A stretch of DNA of 64,000 bases from Methanomassiliicoccaceae archaeon (lineage in GTDB: Archaea; Thermoplasmatota; Thermoplasmata; Methanomassiliicoccales; Methanomassiliicoccaceae). The first letter of the stretch is position 1, and each line of letters starts with the position of its first letter. A model generated the notes under the pieces. The model made no database searches and was not told the origin of the DNA. It worked only from the letters and a program-made list of their open reading frames with translations. The position numbers were made by a program, and so were the translations under genes. Below, piece after piece: positions 44,471 to 54,819 of the stretch. The stretch is taken from the NCBI GenBank assembly GCA_963728405.1, contig CAVSJV010000017.1, positions 128,001 to 192,000 on the forward strand, given 5' to 3'.

Positions 44471-45000
44471 ACAAGGCCCTCCTGATCATCGACTGCAGGT
44501 ATGGCATTTCCCACCCGATGATCCGCCCTATCGGGCTCAGGAGGCGCGGGAGATCGACCGGTAGCTCATCGAATGGGCCAGGGGCGTGCCGGTCATCTTC
44601 GTGCAACACTGCGGGAACAAGGATGGCAAGTACGAGCCGGGGACCCCCGATTGGCAGGTCCATCCGTCGCTCGACCCCCAGGAGAGTGAGGCGGCGGTAC
44701 GGAAGTGGCACCCCGACTCATTCCAGGATACCGATCTTCGAGACATGTTCCGTGCAAATGGGATAGAGAAGCTCATCGTGGCCGGCATGCAGGGCGAGAT
44801 GTGCGTCGATACTACGGGTCCGCCGGGCCTATGGCCTTGGTTATGCCGTAGAGCTGATTGCTGATGGCCATACGACCTGTTCTTCCCCAGTCATGGCTGG
44901 CGAGCGTATCGTCGCCCACCACAACCAGGGCCTGGATCACCGGTTCGCTAAGGCCGTCGATCACCTTCATGCCGACCTCTGAGCTACGAGCCTTGCGTCT
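44467..45000 (+). pseudogene. Isochorismatase/cysteine hydrolase family gene, disrupted (indels and an in-frame TAG; may be read error)
   Basis: KALLIID, VPVIFVQH, K...DSF..TDL, AGMQGEMCVDTT, RAYGLGY..ELIADGHTT spread over three frames. Confidence 0.7.
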
Positions 45001-45121
45001 GGACGTTGTTATTTTATACCGCGGGTTACAAAGTTCCACCCGTGGAACTGTCCAGCTTTTCTGGTCTCGCCATTCTTAGCAGTAGCATGCCGTCGATGGC
45101 ACCAGGGGGTCGGTGCGATCT

Positions 45122-45376
45122 ATGGCCATGACCTGGTCGTCGGGAGCGAAATACGCCGGCGCGGTCCTTTTCATCCTGGGCGTCGTAATGCTGGTGCTGG
45201 CGATCAGCGGTCTGATGCCTGACGAGAGCGGTGCCGCCTACACCAATACGATGTTCACTCAGCTCATAATCAATATCGGCATGCTGCTGGTCTCCACCTT
45301 CATGATATCAACGGGCATGTTCTTCATCGTCTATGGTGGACAACGATCGACCAAGGAATTGTACGACGAAGATTGA
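45122..45376 (+). CDS. Small membrane protein with 2 predicted TM helices
   Basis: Two long hydrophobic helices. Confidence 0.6.
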   Translation: MAMTWSSGAKYAGAVLFILGVVMLVLAISGLMPDESGAAYTNTMFTQLIINIGMLLVSTFMISTGMFFIVYGGQRSTKELYDED

Positions 45377-45665
45377 GAACGCCGCGAACCCGACCGGTCG
45401 GTGCGCCCGTTTTTCAAAGGGGTGAAAAGCTTCTCGGTTTCTCAAACCATTATGAGATTCCTTTTCATCACCGAGGAGAGGTACGGGACGAATGATCTCA
45501 TCAAGCTCTAGTTCGGGGGGCCGGAGCAATGCGACAGTCCAGGTTCGAGAAGATATCGAGCATTGAGGCAAGTGCCAGCAGAAAGCTTTCTAGAAATCCG
45601 TTCATCTGGCCACCAGCGAAAAGGATATAGACCAGGACGGTATATGGAAAAATCCCGCATGGAAC

Positions 45666-45738
45666 GGGCTCATGGTCTAGTGGCTATGACGTCTCCCTGA
45701 CACGGAGGAGATCGCCGGTTCGAATCCGGCTGAGCCCA
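45666..45738 (+). tRNA. tRNA-Val(GAC)
   Basis: GGGCTCA/TGAGCCC acceptor stem; TCTCC-CTGACAC-GGAGG anticodon arm; GGTTCGAATCC. Confidence 0.96.
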
Positions 45739-45777
45739 CTCTTCTCTTTATCCAGACAATAATAATCGAGATTCAAT

Positions 45778-45981
45778 TCAAACGCTTTTCGCGTTTATAG
45801 CTGGCTCGTCAAGAAATATGCGATTGTATGTTTCATTGACGTTCGCGAACGCAGGGTCAGCTCTGGAGCGGCAATAGTACCGCTCGGTCGTTTTCGTCGA
45901 AGCGTGACTCATCGGAAGGGTTACTCTGATCAAATGAGAAATACGATTAGAATGGTCCCTCCAGAGTTGAATCTGCTTCAA
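45778..45981 (-). pseudogene. C-terminal remnant of a tyrosine recombinase/integrase
   Basis: MSHASTKTTERYY (45912-45874) resembles box II (L/M)GH....TT..Y; lies next to the tRNA att site. Confidence 0.55.
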
Positions 45982-46055
45982 ATGACGGATATGACAAAAA
46001 GAAGAAGCAAAAAATAGTCCACATATCGTTTGGGCATCATAGTCATGGCAGATGA

Positions 46056-47031
46056 TTGCTTTTGAGAGCTGTTGTATGGACCAAGTATGGACCTCCAGAC
46101 ATCCTAGAGCTTCAGGAAGTGGAGAGACCGGTCCCGAAGGATGATGAGGTTTTGATCGAAGTCCATGCGGTATCCATCAATTCTTGGGACTGGGAGCTTC
46201 TGAACGGCAGAGCGCAGATAACCTTGGGGGGACGTCTGAAGCCAAAATACAAGATACTCGGATGTGACGTCAGCTGGGGCCGTCGTTGGTGTCGGCAGTA
46301 ACGGTCAGACGCTTCCATCCAGGCGATGAAGTGATGGGGGACATATCCGGGAGCGGCTGGGGCGGTTTCGCGGAATACGTTAGCGTAAAGGAAAGTGTAT
46401 TGACATTGAAATCTGCCAAGATGTCGTTCGAACAGGCTGCGGCCACCCCTCAAGCGGCGGTCCTGGCCCTGCAAAGTCTTCGAGACAAGGGGAGGATCCG
46501 ATCGGGACAAAAGGTTCTGATCAATGGCGCTGGAGGTGGTGTGGGTACCTTTGCGGTCCAGATCGCAAAATCGTTCGGAGCGGAGGTCACAGGAGTGGAC
46601 AGCACAGAGAAGATCGAGATACTGAGATCCATCGGCGCGGACCATGTGATCGATTACACTGTTGAAGATTTCACTAAAAATGGTCAGGAATATGATCTGA
46701 TCGTTGATGTCATATCGATGCGATCCGTCTTCGATTACAAACGGGCATTGGCCCCCAAGGGCATATGTGTGCTTGTCGGAGGCAATTCGAGTGCCGTTCT
46801 GCGCGCCGTGCTCCTTGGGTCTTGGGCCCTAGGGGAAGGAAGGTGCGCTTGTTATTGCTAAGACCTGACCCGAGCGATTTGGACTTCATCAATGAGCTCT
46901 TTGAAGCTGGAAAGATAGTACCGGTGATCGATAGGAAATACGCCCTGGCGGAGTTACCCGATGCCTTCCGATATTATGCAGAAGGAAGAGTAAAGGGGAA
47001 GATCGTGATCCTCGTGGATCATGGAGCGTAA
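46056..47031 (+). CDS. MDR-family NADPH:quinone oxidoreductase-like protein, 2 frameshifts
   Basis: YGPP..L.L.EV..P.P, GGFAEY, VLINGAGGGVGTFAVQIAK, GADHVIDY, PVIDR.Y, KGKIVI. Confidence 0.85.
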
Positions 47032-47053
47032 TAAAAAAAGATAAGGTGAAAAA

Positions 47054-47590
47054 ATGGAAGAAAAAGGAAATGGTATCAAGGATCCGTTGCCGTCGAAATC
47101 TCTCTTGGTCCTCTTTTCATATCATCACAACAACACAGAGAAGATCGCCAAGGTCTTCGCCAGAGTGTTAGATGCGCAAATTAGAACGCCACAACAAACA
47201 AGCCCTGAAGAACTCCAAGAGTATGAGCTGATAGGCTTCGGCTCTGGAATATACGGTGCAAAGCACCATGAATCACTGCTTGACCTTGCAGGTAGGCTGC
47301 CGCATGTGACCAACAAGAAGGCATTCATATTTTCGACCAATGGCGCACCGGCCAGGGCTATGGACCACAACTCTATCGAGACATACATGACTAAGAATCA
47401 CTCGCCACTTAGAGAGAAGTTGCAATCCAAAGGCTATGTGATCGTCGATGATTTTTCTTGTGCAGGCCTTAACACCAATTGTTTCCTTAAACTGCTTGGG
47501 GGAATAAACAAAGGCAGACCTAATGATGAAGACCTTAAACGTGCAGAAGAGTTCGCTCAAAAACTGAAGCAGAATCTGAAAGGTACGTGA
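47054..47590 (+). CDS. Flavodoxin family protein
   Basis: SYHHNNTEKIA, IGFGSGIY, AFIFST.G, GGINKGRPN.EDL..A..FA. Confidence 0.85.
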   Translation: MEEKGNGIKDPLPSKSLLVLFSYHHNNTEKIAKVFARVLDAQIRTPQQTSPEELQEYELIGFGSGIYGAKHHESLLDLAGRLPHVTNKKAFIFSTNGAPARAMDHNSIETYMTKNHSPLREKLQSKGYVIVDDFSCAGLNTNCFLKLLGGINKGRPNDEDLKRAEEFAQKLKQNLKGT

Positions 47591-47897
47591 ATAGAACGAA
47601 GGGGGAACACACCATCCGAGATAGCTGCTTGATCGGCTCTAAGAAGAGCCTTGGCTCGCGACACAATATGGCCGAGTTGGGGCAGACCCACTATGGATCC
47701 TCACAGTGATGCAAATTCGAGAGAGGAAAGGGAAAGGTTTTGTCGAGCTGACCCTGCATTATTCCAAAGAGATTGAGTTCCGATTTTCATCGTCTAGCTC
47801 GAAAGTTAGGTGGTCTCGGCTGAGCCCACTCATCCAACTTTCTATCGTTTTTCCATGACCCCCAAGGGTCCGTTTGGAGCGCCTATTTCTTGAGCGG

Positions 47898-49060
47898 TCA
47901 TTTCGCCGCTTTCTCCAAGGCATTGTTCAAATCGGCCAGGATGTCCTCCTTAGCCTCTATTCCCACCGAGAGGCGGACCAATCGTTCACTGAGGCCAGCC
48001 TTGGTCCTTTCCTCAGGAGGAATGGCGCTCTGGGTCATGGACCAGGGATGTTCGATCAGGGATTCCACCCCGCCCAGGCTCACTGCCATAGCGATGAGCT
48101 GGGTCGATTCCAGGAACTTCTTGAGGTCCACTTTAGAAGATAGTTCGAACGAGACCATACCGGAGAACCCGCTCATCTGCTGCTTGGCCAGCTCATGCTG
48201 GGGATGGCTCTTCAGGCCGGGATAGAGAACCTTTTCCACATGCTCATGTTTCTCCAGGAACTCCGCCACCGCTAGGGCGTTCTCCTGATGCTTTTCCATG
48301 CGGAGAGGGAGGGTCTTGATCCCCCTCATCACCAGGAAACAATCCAGCGTGACCGGGGGTGGCCCCCAGCGACCTCTGCAGGAACCTTGCTTCCGTCAAT
48401 ATCTCAGCATCATCGGCCACCAAGGCGCCCCCCAGGACAGTCCGAATGGCCCGAGATATATTTGGTGGTGGAGTAGAGCACCAGATCGGCGCCGAGGTCC
48501 AGAGGCCTTTGGAAGTAGGGACTGGCGAAGGTATTATCCACCACGACCAAGGCCTCTGGATTGTGATCATGGGCCAGCTCAGCTACCACTGCGATGTCGA
48601 CGATCCGCAGCTGAGGATTGGTCGGAGACTCGATCCACACCATATCCACTCCTTGCTTGACCGATCGGTGGACGGCCTCTTCATCGGTTAGGTCGATGTA
48701 GGAGAACTCCGGTCCGAACCGGGCCATGCAATCTGAGAACAGTCGGTAGGTGCCCCCGTATAGATCATTGCTCACGATCACCCGGCTCCCCTTTCGCAGG
48801 AGGAACGACGCCGTGGTCGCCGCGCCCGTTCCCGAAGAGAAGGCCAATGCCCCCAGTGCGCTCTCGAGGGAGGCCATCTTTTCCTCGAGCGCGTGCCGGG
48901 TGGGATTGTCGGCCCTCGAGTACTCGTAGCCCAGGAGCGGCTCTTCCATTTTTTCTCGAGCAAATGTACTGGCGAGATGGACCGGAGCCACCACATCCCC
49001 ATACCGAGAGATCTTCCCTCGCTCTTCACCGCAATGTACTGCGTTCGTGGCGAACTTCAT
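47898..49060 (-). CDS. Cystathionine gamma-synthase/lyase family PLP enzyme, 2 frameshifts
   Basis: YSR..NPT, FSSG, LYGGT, ESPTNP, VDNTFASP, STTKYISGHSD (PLP Lys), SLGGVESL. Confidence 0.92.
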
Positions 49061-49195
49061 GTTCACACCTGGCCAGGACACAGGCCGTTTCGTTCATTCG
49101 AGGTGGGGATAGATTTAGGTTCGCCTCACCTTGGCCATTTGCCGTCTGATATCATTTCCATGCTTTCCTCCCCTTCAGTTCCTTGGATAAGCCCA

Positions 49196-50479
49196 TCAGG
49201 GTTGGATATCGGCGACCTTGGCAGTAATGGTGAAGCTCCCATCCAGGATCCGTTCCTTGAGGTCTTTCATAGTATGGAGGGCGCCCTCTCGATTGGAGTT
49301 ACGACACAGGATGGGCATGACCCTCATCTCACCATCAATGATCGTCCGGACCTCACCCAGAGAGCCCTTGAAACACCCTTGCTCGCAAGCCCTCACACAG
49401 GCTCCGCAGTTGACGCATCTAGACCTTTCGATGGATGGGCCGCCCTCGCCACCCTTGATAGCAAAGGTCGGGCAGACCTTGGAGGCGGCACAGTCCTGGC
49501 AACCGATACAGGGCCCGTTCTCCACGGATATGACCTCATCACGACCGGACCACACCTGACCATAGTCCACCTGACCGATCTTATGGCGGTCGCGGATGTC
49601 CCCCACCGAAAGGGGGATGTCCTCATCCTTGGTCATAATATGTCGCAACATAGAGTCATCGAGGATCGGAATAGGTACGGCGTAGGATGCGAGGCACTCT
49701 GGACCGGCGGCGGTCAGGAACCCACCCATCAGATCAGGGTCCATGCCCTTCATGTCCGCCACTGTCATCAGATTGGGGTACTTCGGTGAGCATCGCGTCC
49801 CGGTGCTGAAAACGAAACCCTCGGCCCCGTTGAACAATAACCTTGTTCCTACACCGATGGTCCTCAGTTCAGGATCGTTCTGCACTGGATTGAGATGTCC
49901 GCAACCGGAGAAGGTCACACCGCCGTAGTTGGGCGGGAAGGGTCGGCAGTGAAAGATCGACCGGAACTCAGTATCCGATGGGTTGACGTAAGCGCGATAG
50001 TTGCGAAAACAGTTCCGGGAGCTCAATAGCTTGGCGGTATGCATGTCTTCGATGGTCAGGAGCGCCTCCACCGCTCGTCCCGCTTTGGAGGTCGCCTCCA
50101 CCGTGACCACCCTCCCCTCCACCAGGTCTCTGAACAGGTTACCGCCCCCATAATCCGGCCTTTCCTCGCTCTCCGAGGTACCGAAGACCATGACATCGAT
50201 GACGCCCAAGCTTTCGTTGGGACACGGGCCGACGCTCGCCGGGACGCCGTTTATGCGAGCGGCCATGAACTTACGATAATAGCCAGGCGGGGCCATCTGG
50301 AACGATAGGACGGCATAAGTGCCGCTCATGATCCCCATCGTACCGGTGGTCACAACGTCGACCTCTCGGACCTCATCCTCCCGACCGGCGGTCAGAAGAT
50401 CTTCGACCTCCCGTGCGGTGAGTACGAGCGCCTCGCCCTTGGCGATTCTCTCATTGATGTCCTCGATGGTACGTTTCAT
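49196..50479 (-). CDS. Methanogenesis marker 16 metalloprotein (DUF39-like plus 4Fe-4S domain)
   Basis: RTI..IN..I..GEA.VLTA.E, VDVVTTGT.GIMSGT, GPCPNE.LG, SGCG.LNP.QNDP, GGF.T..GPE, two C-terminal ferredoxin-type Cys clusters. Confidence 0.85.
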   Translation of the reverse strand: MKRTIEDINERIAKGEALVLTAREVEDLLTAGREDEVREVDVVTTGTMGIMSGTYAVLSFQMAPPGYYRKFMAARINGVPASVGPCPNESLGVIDVMVFGTSESEERPDYGGGNLFRDLVEGRVVTVEATSKAGRAVEALLTIEDMHTAKLLSSRNCFRNYRAYVNPSDTEFRSIFHCRPFPPNYGGVTFSGCGHLNPVQNDPELRTIGVGTRLLFNGAEGFVFSTGTRCSPKYPNLMTVADMKGMDPDLMGGFLTAAGPECLASYAVPIPILDDSMLRHIMTKDEDIPLSVGDIRDRHKIGQVDYGQVWSGRDEVISVENGPCIGCQDCAASKVCPTFAIKGGEGGPSIERSRCVNCGACVRACEQGCFKGSLGEVRTIIDGEMRVMPILCRNSNREGALHTMKDLKERILDGSFTITAKVADIQP

Positions 50480-50645
50480 GGGAAACGACGTGTAATCTTC
50501 CCCCCGGTAGAAAATCATGTGTCTTGATCGATGCGTTTCTTATGCCCCATATTCTGATTCTGTATTGCCCCAGCTATCTGAGGGCCAGATAATCGACCCG
50601 GTCGGATGAACAAGGTCACAAAGAATTAATCATTTCGCGGCATTA

Positions 50646-51110
50646 ATGCCATGCATGGCCGTCTGCCCGAACTGCAAGAAAGAGGGGCTCGAGGTGGAGA
50701 ATATCACCGTGGCCAATCACGCCAAGGAGTCGTGCTGGCCGCTTGGCGGCGAGCAATACTCGATCTGCGAGAACCCGGATTGTGAGGTCATTTACTTCAC
50801 CGCCTCGGGCGGCAGAACGCTGAAGACGAGCGATGTCAAGACCAGGGTCACGTTCAAGGAGAAGAGTGCCCCGAGGCCGCTGTGCTACTGCAAACAGGTC
50901 ACCGAGGAAGATGTCCTCAGGGCGATAGAGAGCGGGGCCAAGACCTTCGAAGAAGTTAGGATAGCGACCGGCATCGGTGGGGGAGGTCAATGCAAGGTGA
51001 CGAATCCGGCCGGTCGGTGCTGCGCCCGTAACTACAAGCCGTTCATCGAGAAGGAGCTGAAGAAACGCGGCCACGGCAGCTCGACAGGCCTACCGATGAT
51101 GATCCAGTAG
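50646..51110 (+). CDS. CopZ N-terminal-like Zn-binding plus BFD-like [2Fe-2S] protein
   Basis: CPNC, C.NPDC.VIYF, P.CYC..VTEE, C...NP.GRCC. Confidence 0.8.
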   Translation: MPCMAVCPNCKKEGLEVENITVANHAKESCWPLGGEQYSICENPDCEVIYFTASGGRTLKTSDVKTRVTFKEKSAPRPLCYCKQVTEEDVLRAIESGAKTFEEVRIATGIGGGGQCKVTNPAGRCCARNYKPFIEKELKKRGHGSSTGLPMMIQ

Positions 51111-51142
51111 CCAAGGGATCAGGGCAGAGTTACGATCCATCG

Positions 51143-52246
51143 TTAAGGGGTGGCCAGCACATCCGCCTTTCTTTTCCGCTTGACCCTCAGAGGAGTACCG
51201 ATGGAGGGCTTCACCCCAACGATCTTGATGCTCTCGACGGGAAGCCCCTTGTATTGCCGCTTACTGATCCCTGGATTCTCAGCGATCTTTCCGATAAGGA
51301 GCCCCGCGGCCCTTATCGTGTCTAAATATTCATCCTTGAGCACTGCGCCGCCAACGCAACCGGATATGAGGTCCTCATCGGCCCTCTGCTCGTCGGTCAG
51401 CTCCTCGAGCAGCACCATGTCCGAGATGTACATCTTTCCACCAGGCCTCAGGACCCTATATGCTTCCCCGAACGCTTTCGACTTGTCAGGTACTAGATTG
51501 ATCACGCAATTGCTCAGGATGACATCTATAGAGTTGCTCTGGATAGGCAAGTCCTCAATGTCCCCTACCTTGAACTCCACATTGGAAAAGCCGTTGGTTT
51601 TAGCGTTCTTCTTGGCCTTCCTGACCATCTCCATGGTCAGGTCCACACCGATCACTTTTCCATTCTTGCCTACCCTATTGGCAGCCAAGAAAGCATCCAT
51701 CCCCGCCCCGCTACCGAGATCTAGCACCGTATCGCCTTCCTTGATCTCGCCCAGGGCACCAGGGTTCCCACAGCCCAATCCGAGGTTTGAGTTAGGGGCC
51801 ATGCTAAGCTCCGCCTGGGAATACCCTAGGGCAGCGGAGATTTGAATAGGGCTTTGGACCTCATTTCCGCAACATCCGTCCCCACAGCCGCATGAACCGC
51901 CCTCTGTGGCGATCTTGCCATATCTGGTCTTGACGATCTTTTTTATCTGCCCACTTGAAGGACGTGGAGCATCGCAACAGCTATCCTGCTCCCCTATGCC
52001 CATTGATACCAACTGGTCACGGATCTCATCGTCCATGATGCTGTAGATGTTGTTCCGCCCATTCTTTTCAAACTTTACGATCCCCGCCTCTGAAAGCACC
52101 TTTAGATGCCGAGAAATTGTAGTCTGGTCCTTGTTGGTGCTTGAAAAATCACAAGCGCAGTGGTCGTTCTTTAACAAATAACCGATAATGATCAGCCTGG
52201 TCTCGTCACTGAGGGCTTTGAAGATTTTTACCTTGTCTGCAAGCAT
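51143..52246 (-). CDS. arsM: ArsR-family HTH fused to arsenite methyltransferase
   Basis: [28 protein letters not shown]; then Cys-rich linker, [34 protein letters not shown]. Confidence 0.9.
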   Translation of the reverse strand: MLADKVKIFKALSDETRLIIIGYLLKNDHCACDFSSTNKDQTTISRHLKVLSEAGIVKFEKNGRNNIYSIMDDEIRDQLVSMGIGEQDSCCDAPRPSSGQIKKIVKTRYGKIATEGGSCGCGDGCCGNEVQSPIQISAALGYSQAELSMAPNSNLGLGCGNPGALGEIKEGDTVLDLGSGAGMDAFLAANRVGKNGKVIGVDLTMEMVRKAKKNAKTNGFSNVEFKVGDIEDLPIQSNSIDVILSNCVINLVPDKSKAFGEAYRVLRPGGKMYISDMVLLEELTDEQRADEDLISGCVGGAVLKDEYLDTIRAAGLLIGKIAENPGISKRQYKGLPVESIKIVGVKPSIGTPLRVKRKRKADVLATP

Positions 52247-52280
52247 GATGCATGCATATATGCACAACCATACATATGTA
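52244..52280 (-). promoter_or_regulatory. Candidate ArsR operator and promoter
   Basis: Palindromes atgcatgcat (52248-52257), tgcatatatgca (52253-52264) and tacatatgta (52271-52280) abutting the ATG. Confidence 0.5.
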
Positions 52281-52514
52281 CTCCTTGAACATCGAAAAAG
52301 TGAGAGAGCGATAACTTGAGTTGTTTTCGAACGGGAGTAGTTTTCGGCCATGCAGTTCCCCACTATGAGGTAGCTTGCCAACTAGGTGCGGTCACAGCTC
52401 TTCTGAATGCATGCCCTCTGGGGGCAGCCGCATCATAGTGGTCCATCGCCATCGTTTTGTGACGGGAGAGCGATGACCATTTCACAAATACTTGACGGGC
52501 GATAGGGGAAACCG

Positions 52515-53600
52515 ATGCATCTGGACCGTGAGCAGGAGAGGGCACTCGCCGGCGAACTTGGCCAAGCCAGAAGATGGGCGATGGAGGTTCTCTGCCGACT
52601 TGGCGACATTAGCCACGCCGCCCGGCTGGTCCCGGTGAGCTCCGTTCACATACCAGATTGGTGCGGTCGGAGGGACCCGGGCCGGCCGCTCGATGCCTCG
52701 TCGACCGAGCGGCTCATGGCCTATACTACCGCCAATCCAGGTGGGGTCGATCATGCATCTAGGTCCAGAAAAGGCGACCTGGGAACGACTGGGAGTGTAC
52801 ATCTCCTACACCTGCTCCCCCTATCTCGTTGGCAACCATCCCAATCGCGGAGAGGTCGTAGCCTGGGGCGGGCGGGCTGCGGTCTCCTTCGTCAATTCCA
52901 TCATCGGTGCTCGAAGTGAGGTGGAGACCTACGAGAGCGCTCTGGCCTCGGCCATCACCGGTCTAACGCCGGAAAGGGGACTTCACCTAGATGAGAACCG
53001 TAGAGCGACGATAGCAGTGAACGTGCTAGACCATCGGGGAACAGACCTGACCGCGCTGGGCTTTGCTCTCTCTCGGAAGCTCAGGAACGATGTCCCGCTC
53101 ATATGTGGCATTGGCCCCACCTTCGATGAGGCCAAGCGGTTGGCATTCTCGCTGAATTCTAAAGGGATGGCCCCCCTCTTCCGAATACAGAGAGGGGGCG
53201 AACCGCCTGAAGGGCTCGAGGTGTTGGAGATCGAGAGTGGGGGCTGGGAGACGATATCGGAGGGCGACTTCGAACCGGACCTGATCATCGTCGGCTGCCC
53301 CCACATGTCCGAGCAGGACATTAACCGTTGGGCCAAGGCATTTGTGGACGAGCTAGCAGCAGGACGGAGGTATGGTTCCTTACCTCCCGCCTGTGCATGG
53401 AAAAGTGCCCGGTCTTCGGGGCGGTGCTCCAGGCCCGTGGACGTATGATGGTAGACATCTGCCCGCTGGGCCTGCGCGATCAGATGATCGGGAAAGGGAT
53501 CGCCTGTGACAGCCCAGCCCTTGCAGAGTGCCTACGCGACCATGGACTAACGGCGAACTATCTGCCTGAGATCGCGTTGCGAGAGCTGATGGTCCGATAA
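52515..53600 (+). CDS. Aconitase X large-subunit-like protein, divergent, 2 frameshifts
   Basis: M.L..EQE..L.GE.G, TTANP, YTCSPY, FVNSIIGARS, SAITG.TP..GLHLDENR, GCPH, DICP. Confidence 0.8.
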
Positions 53601-53642
53601 GGATCAGGCCATGCCGGCTCTTTGGGGGGATGGCCTTGGCGT

Positions 53643-53927
53643 TCAGATTGCCTTTAGGTCGGGAAGGAGGCCATCGTACATGGTGACGAACTCGTCCCAT
53701 AGCTCTACGCTACGGTCCTTATATTTCTTGGACAGGTCCCAATCGCATTGGATGTCCCCTGAATCATCCAGTATGGCCACGTGATCGTGACGCCAGCTGT
53801 TCACCATCAGATTGGCGATGAACGCCGAGTAGGGGAAGCTCACCGGATCCTCGCCGTCCACCGGCAGGTCAGCGGGCTGTACGAACTCCTTCCTTGTGTG
53901 ATTAAATACGCCATAGATGACGCCCAT
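53643..53927 (-). CDS. Hypothetical protein
   Basis: 94-aa ORF with ggagg RBS, downstream of the CDGSH gene. Confidence 0.6.
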   Translation of the reverse strand: MGVIYGVFNHTRKEFVQPADLPVDGEDPVSFPYSAFIANLMVNSWRHDHVAILDDSGDIQCDWDLSKKYKDRSVELWDEFVTMYDGLLPDLKAI

Positions 53928-53940
53928 TTCATTTCCCTCC

Positions 53941-54633
53941 TTAGATGGAACCGTCCCGGTAGCCTATGACGTTATGGGTCCCGTCGCATAACGGCTTGTT
54001 ATGGGACCTACCGCACCGGCACAGGGTCACTCGGTTCCTTAGCTCGTATTCGTGACCATCGGCCGATTCGATCGGCACCCCGCCTTTGACCCACAATGGC
54101 CCGCTTATTCCTTTGCCCGGGTCCCCGGTCACGCTGATGCTCTTCTCGAACGGTGGCTCGATCGGCGTTCCCTCCTTCTCGCAGGCGACCAGCCTACCGG
54201 ACGGGCACTGGCCGGCCACCTCGATGGCCCGTTCTCTCTTCTCCGGATCATCTGAAGCGGCTATCAGGCTACGCGCCCCTCCGGCACGGTGACAGAACTG
54301 CGCCCCCATGCAGAGATCTTTGTTGTCGGTCATGTCGAGGGTGGCGCCCTTGACCAGGGTGGTCCGCTCAAGGTATGGACGGCGGCTGGCCGTTTCCGTA
54401 CCATCGAATCCCTTCTTTCCGTGGGTTCCGTCGCAGTAGGGAGCGTTCTGGGTACGACCGCACCGGCACAGGGCAAAGGTCTCCTGCTCTGGGAAGGAAC
54501 CGATCGTCCGCCATTCCTCAGGTGTGCCGTCCTTATCCCTAACGACGATCTCCTTGATCAGTGGAACCTTCCCGGTGACGATGTAGGGGCCATCCTTGGT
54601 GACCTTGATCCTCGCATCCTTCTTAGCCGCCAT
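53941..54633 (-). CDS. CDGSH iron-sulfur protein (CDGSH - ferredoxin-like - CDGSH)
   Basis: CRCG....PYCDGTH, C.GA.FC...CPSGRL, CRCG....PLCDGTH. Confidence 0.9.
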   Translation of the reverse strand: MAAKKDARIKVTKDGPYIVTGKVPLIKEIVVRDKDGTPEEWRTIGSFPEQETFALCRCGRTQNAPYCDGTHGKKGFDGTETASRRPYLERTTLVKGATLDMTDNKDLCMGAQFCHRAGGARSLIAASDDPEKRERAIEVAGQCPSGRLVACEKEGTPIEPPFEKSISVTGDPGKGISGPLWVKGGVPIESADGHEYELRNRVTLCRCGRSHNKPLCDGTHNVIGYRDGSI

Positions 54634-54819
54634 GTTCCTCAGCCATCCTTTATCATCACAGAGGTAAAGGACGACATATTGTTTTGCCCAGAAGAGGGTC
54701 GAAGCGAGCTTTGGTTCAATAAAAATTAAAAGGTTTGGCCGAGCCCCTTCCCGCGGCATGATCGGGGGTTTGGACCGCTCAAGCGATGAACGAAGCCCGG
54801 CCTTCTAGAGCGCTCTACT

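Larger units (their letters stand above)
45727..47831. mobile_element. Decayed ~2.1-kb integrative islet at tRNA-Val
   Basis: 15-bp direct repeat cggctgagcccactc at 45727-45741 and 47817-47831; AT-richer interior; integrase-like remnant. Confidence 0.7.

Noticed and set aside
44555-44575. In-frame TAG in the isochorismatase gene as pyrrolysine read-through
   Set aside because: The surrounding segment has several other lesions, and TAG is an ordinary stop for many genes here (rpoF, rpl15e, glmU); no pyl genes in the window
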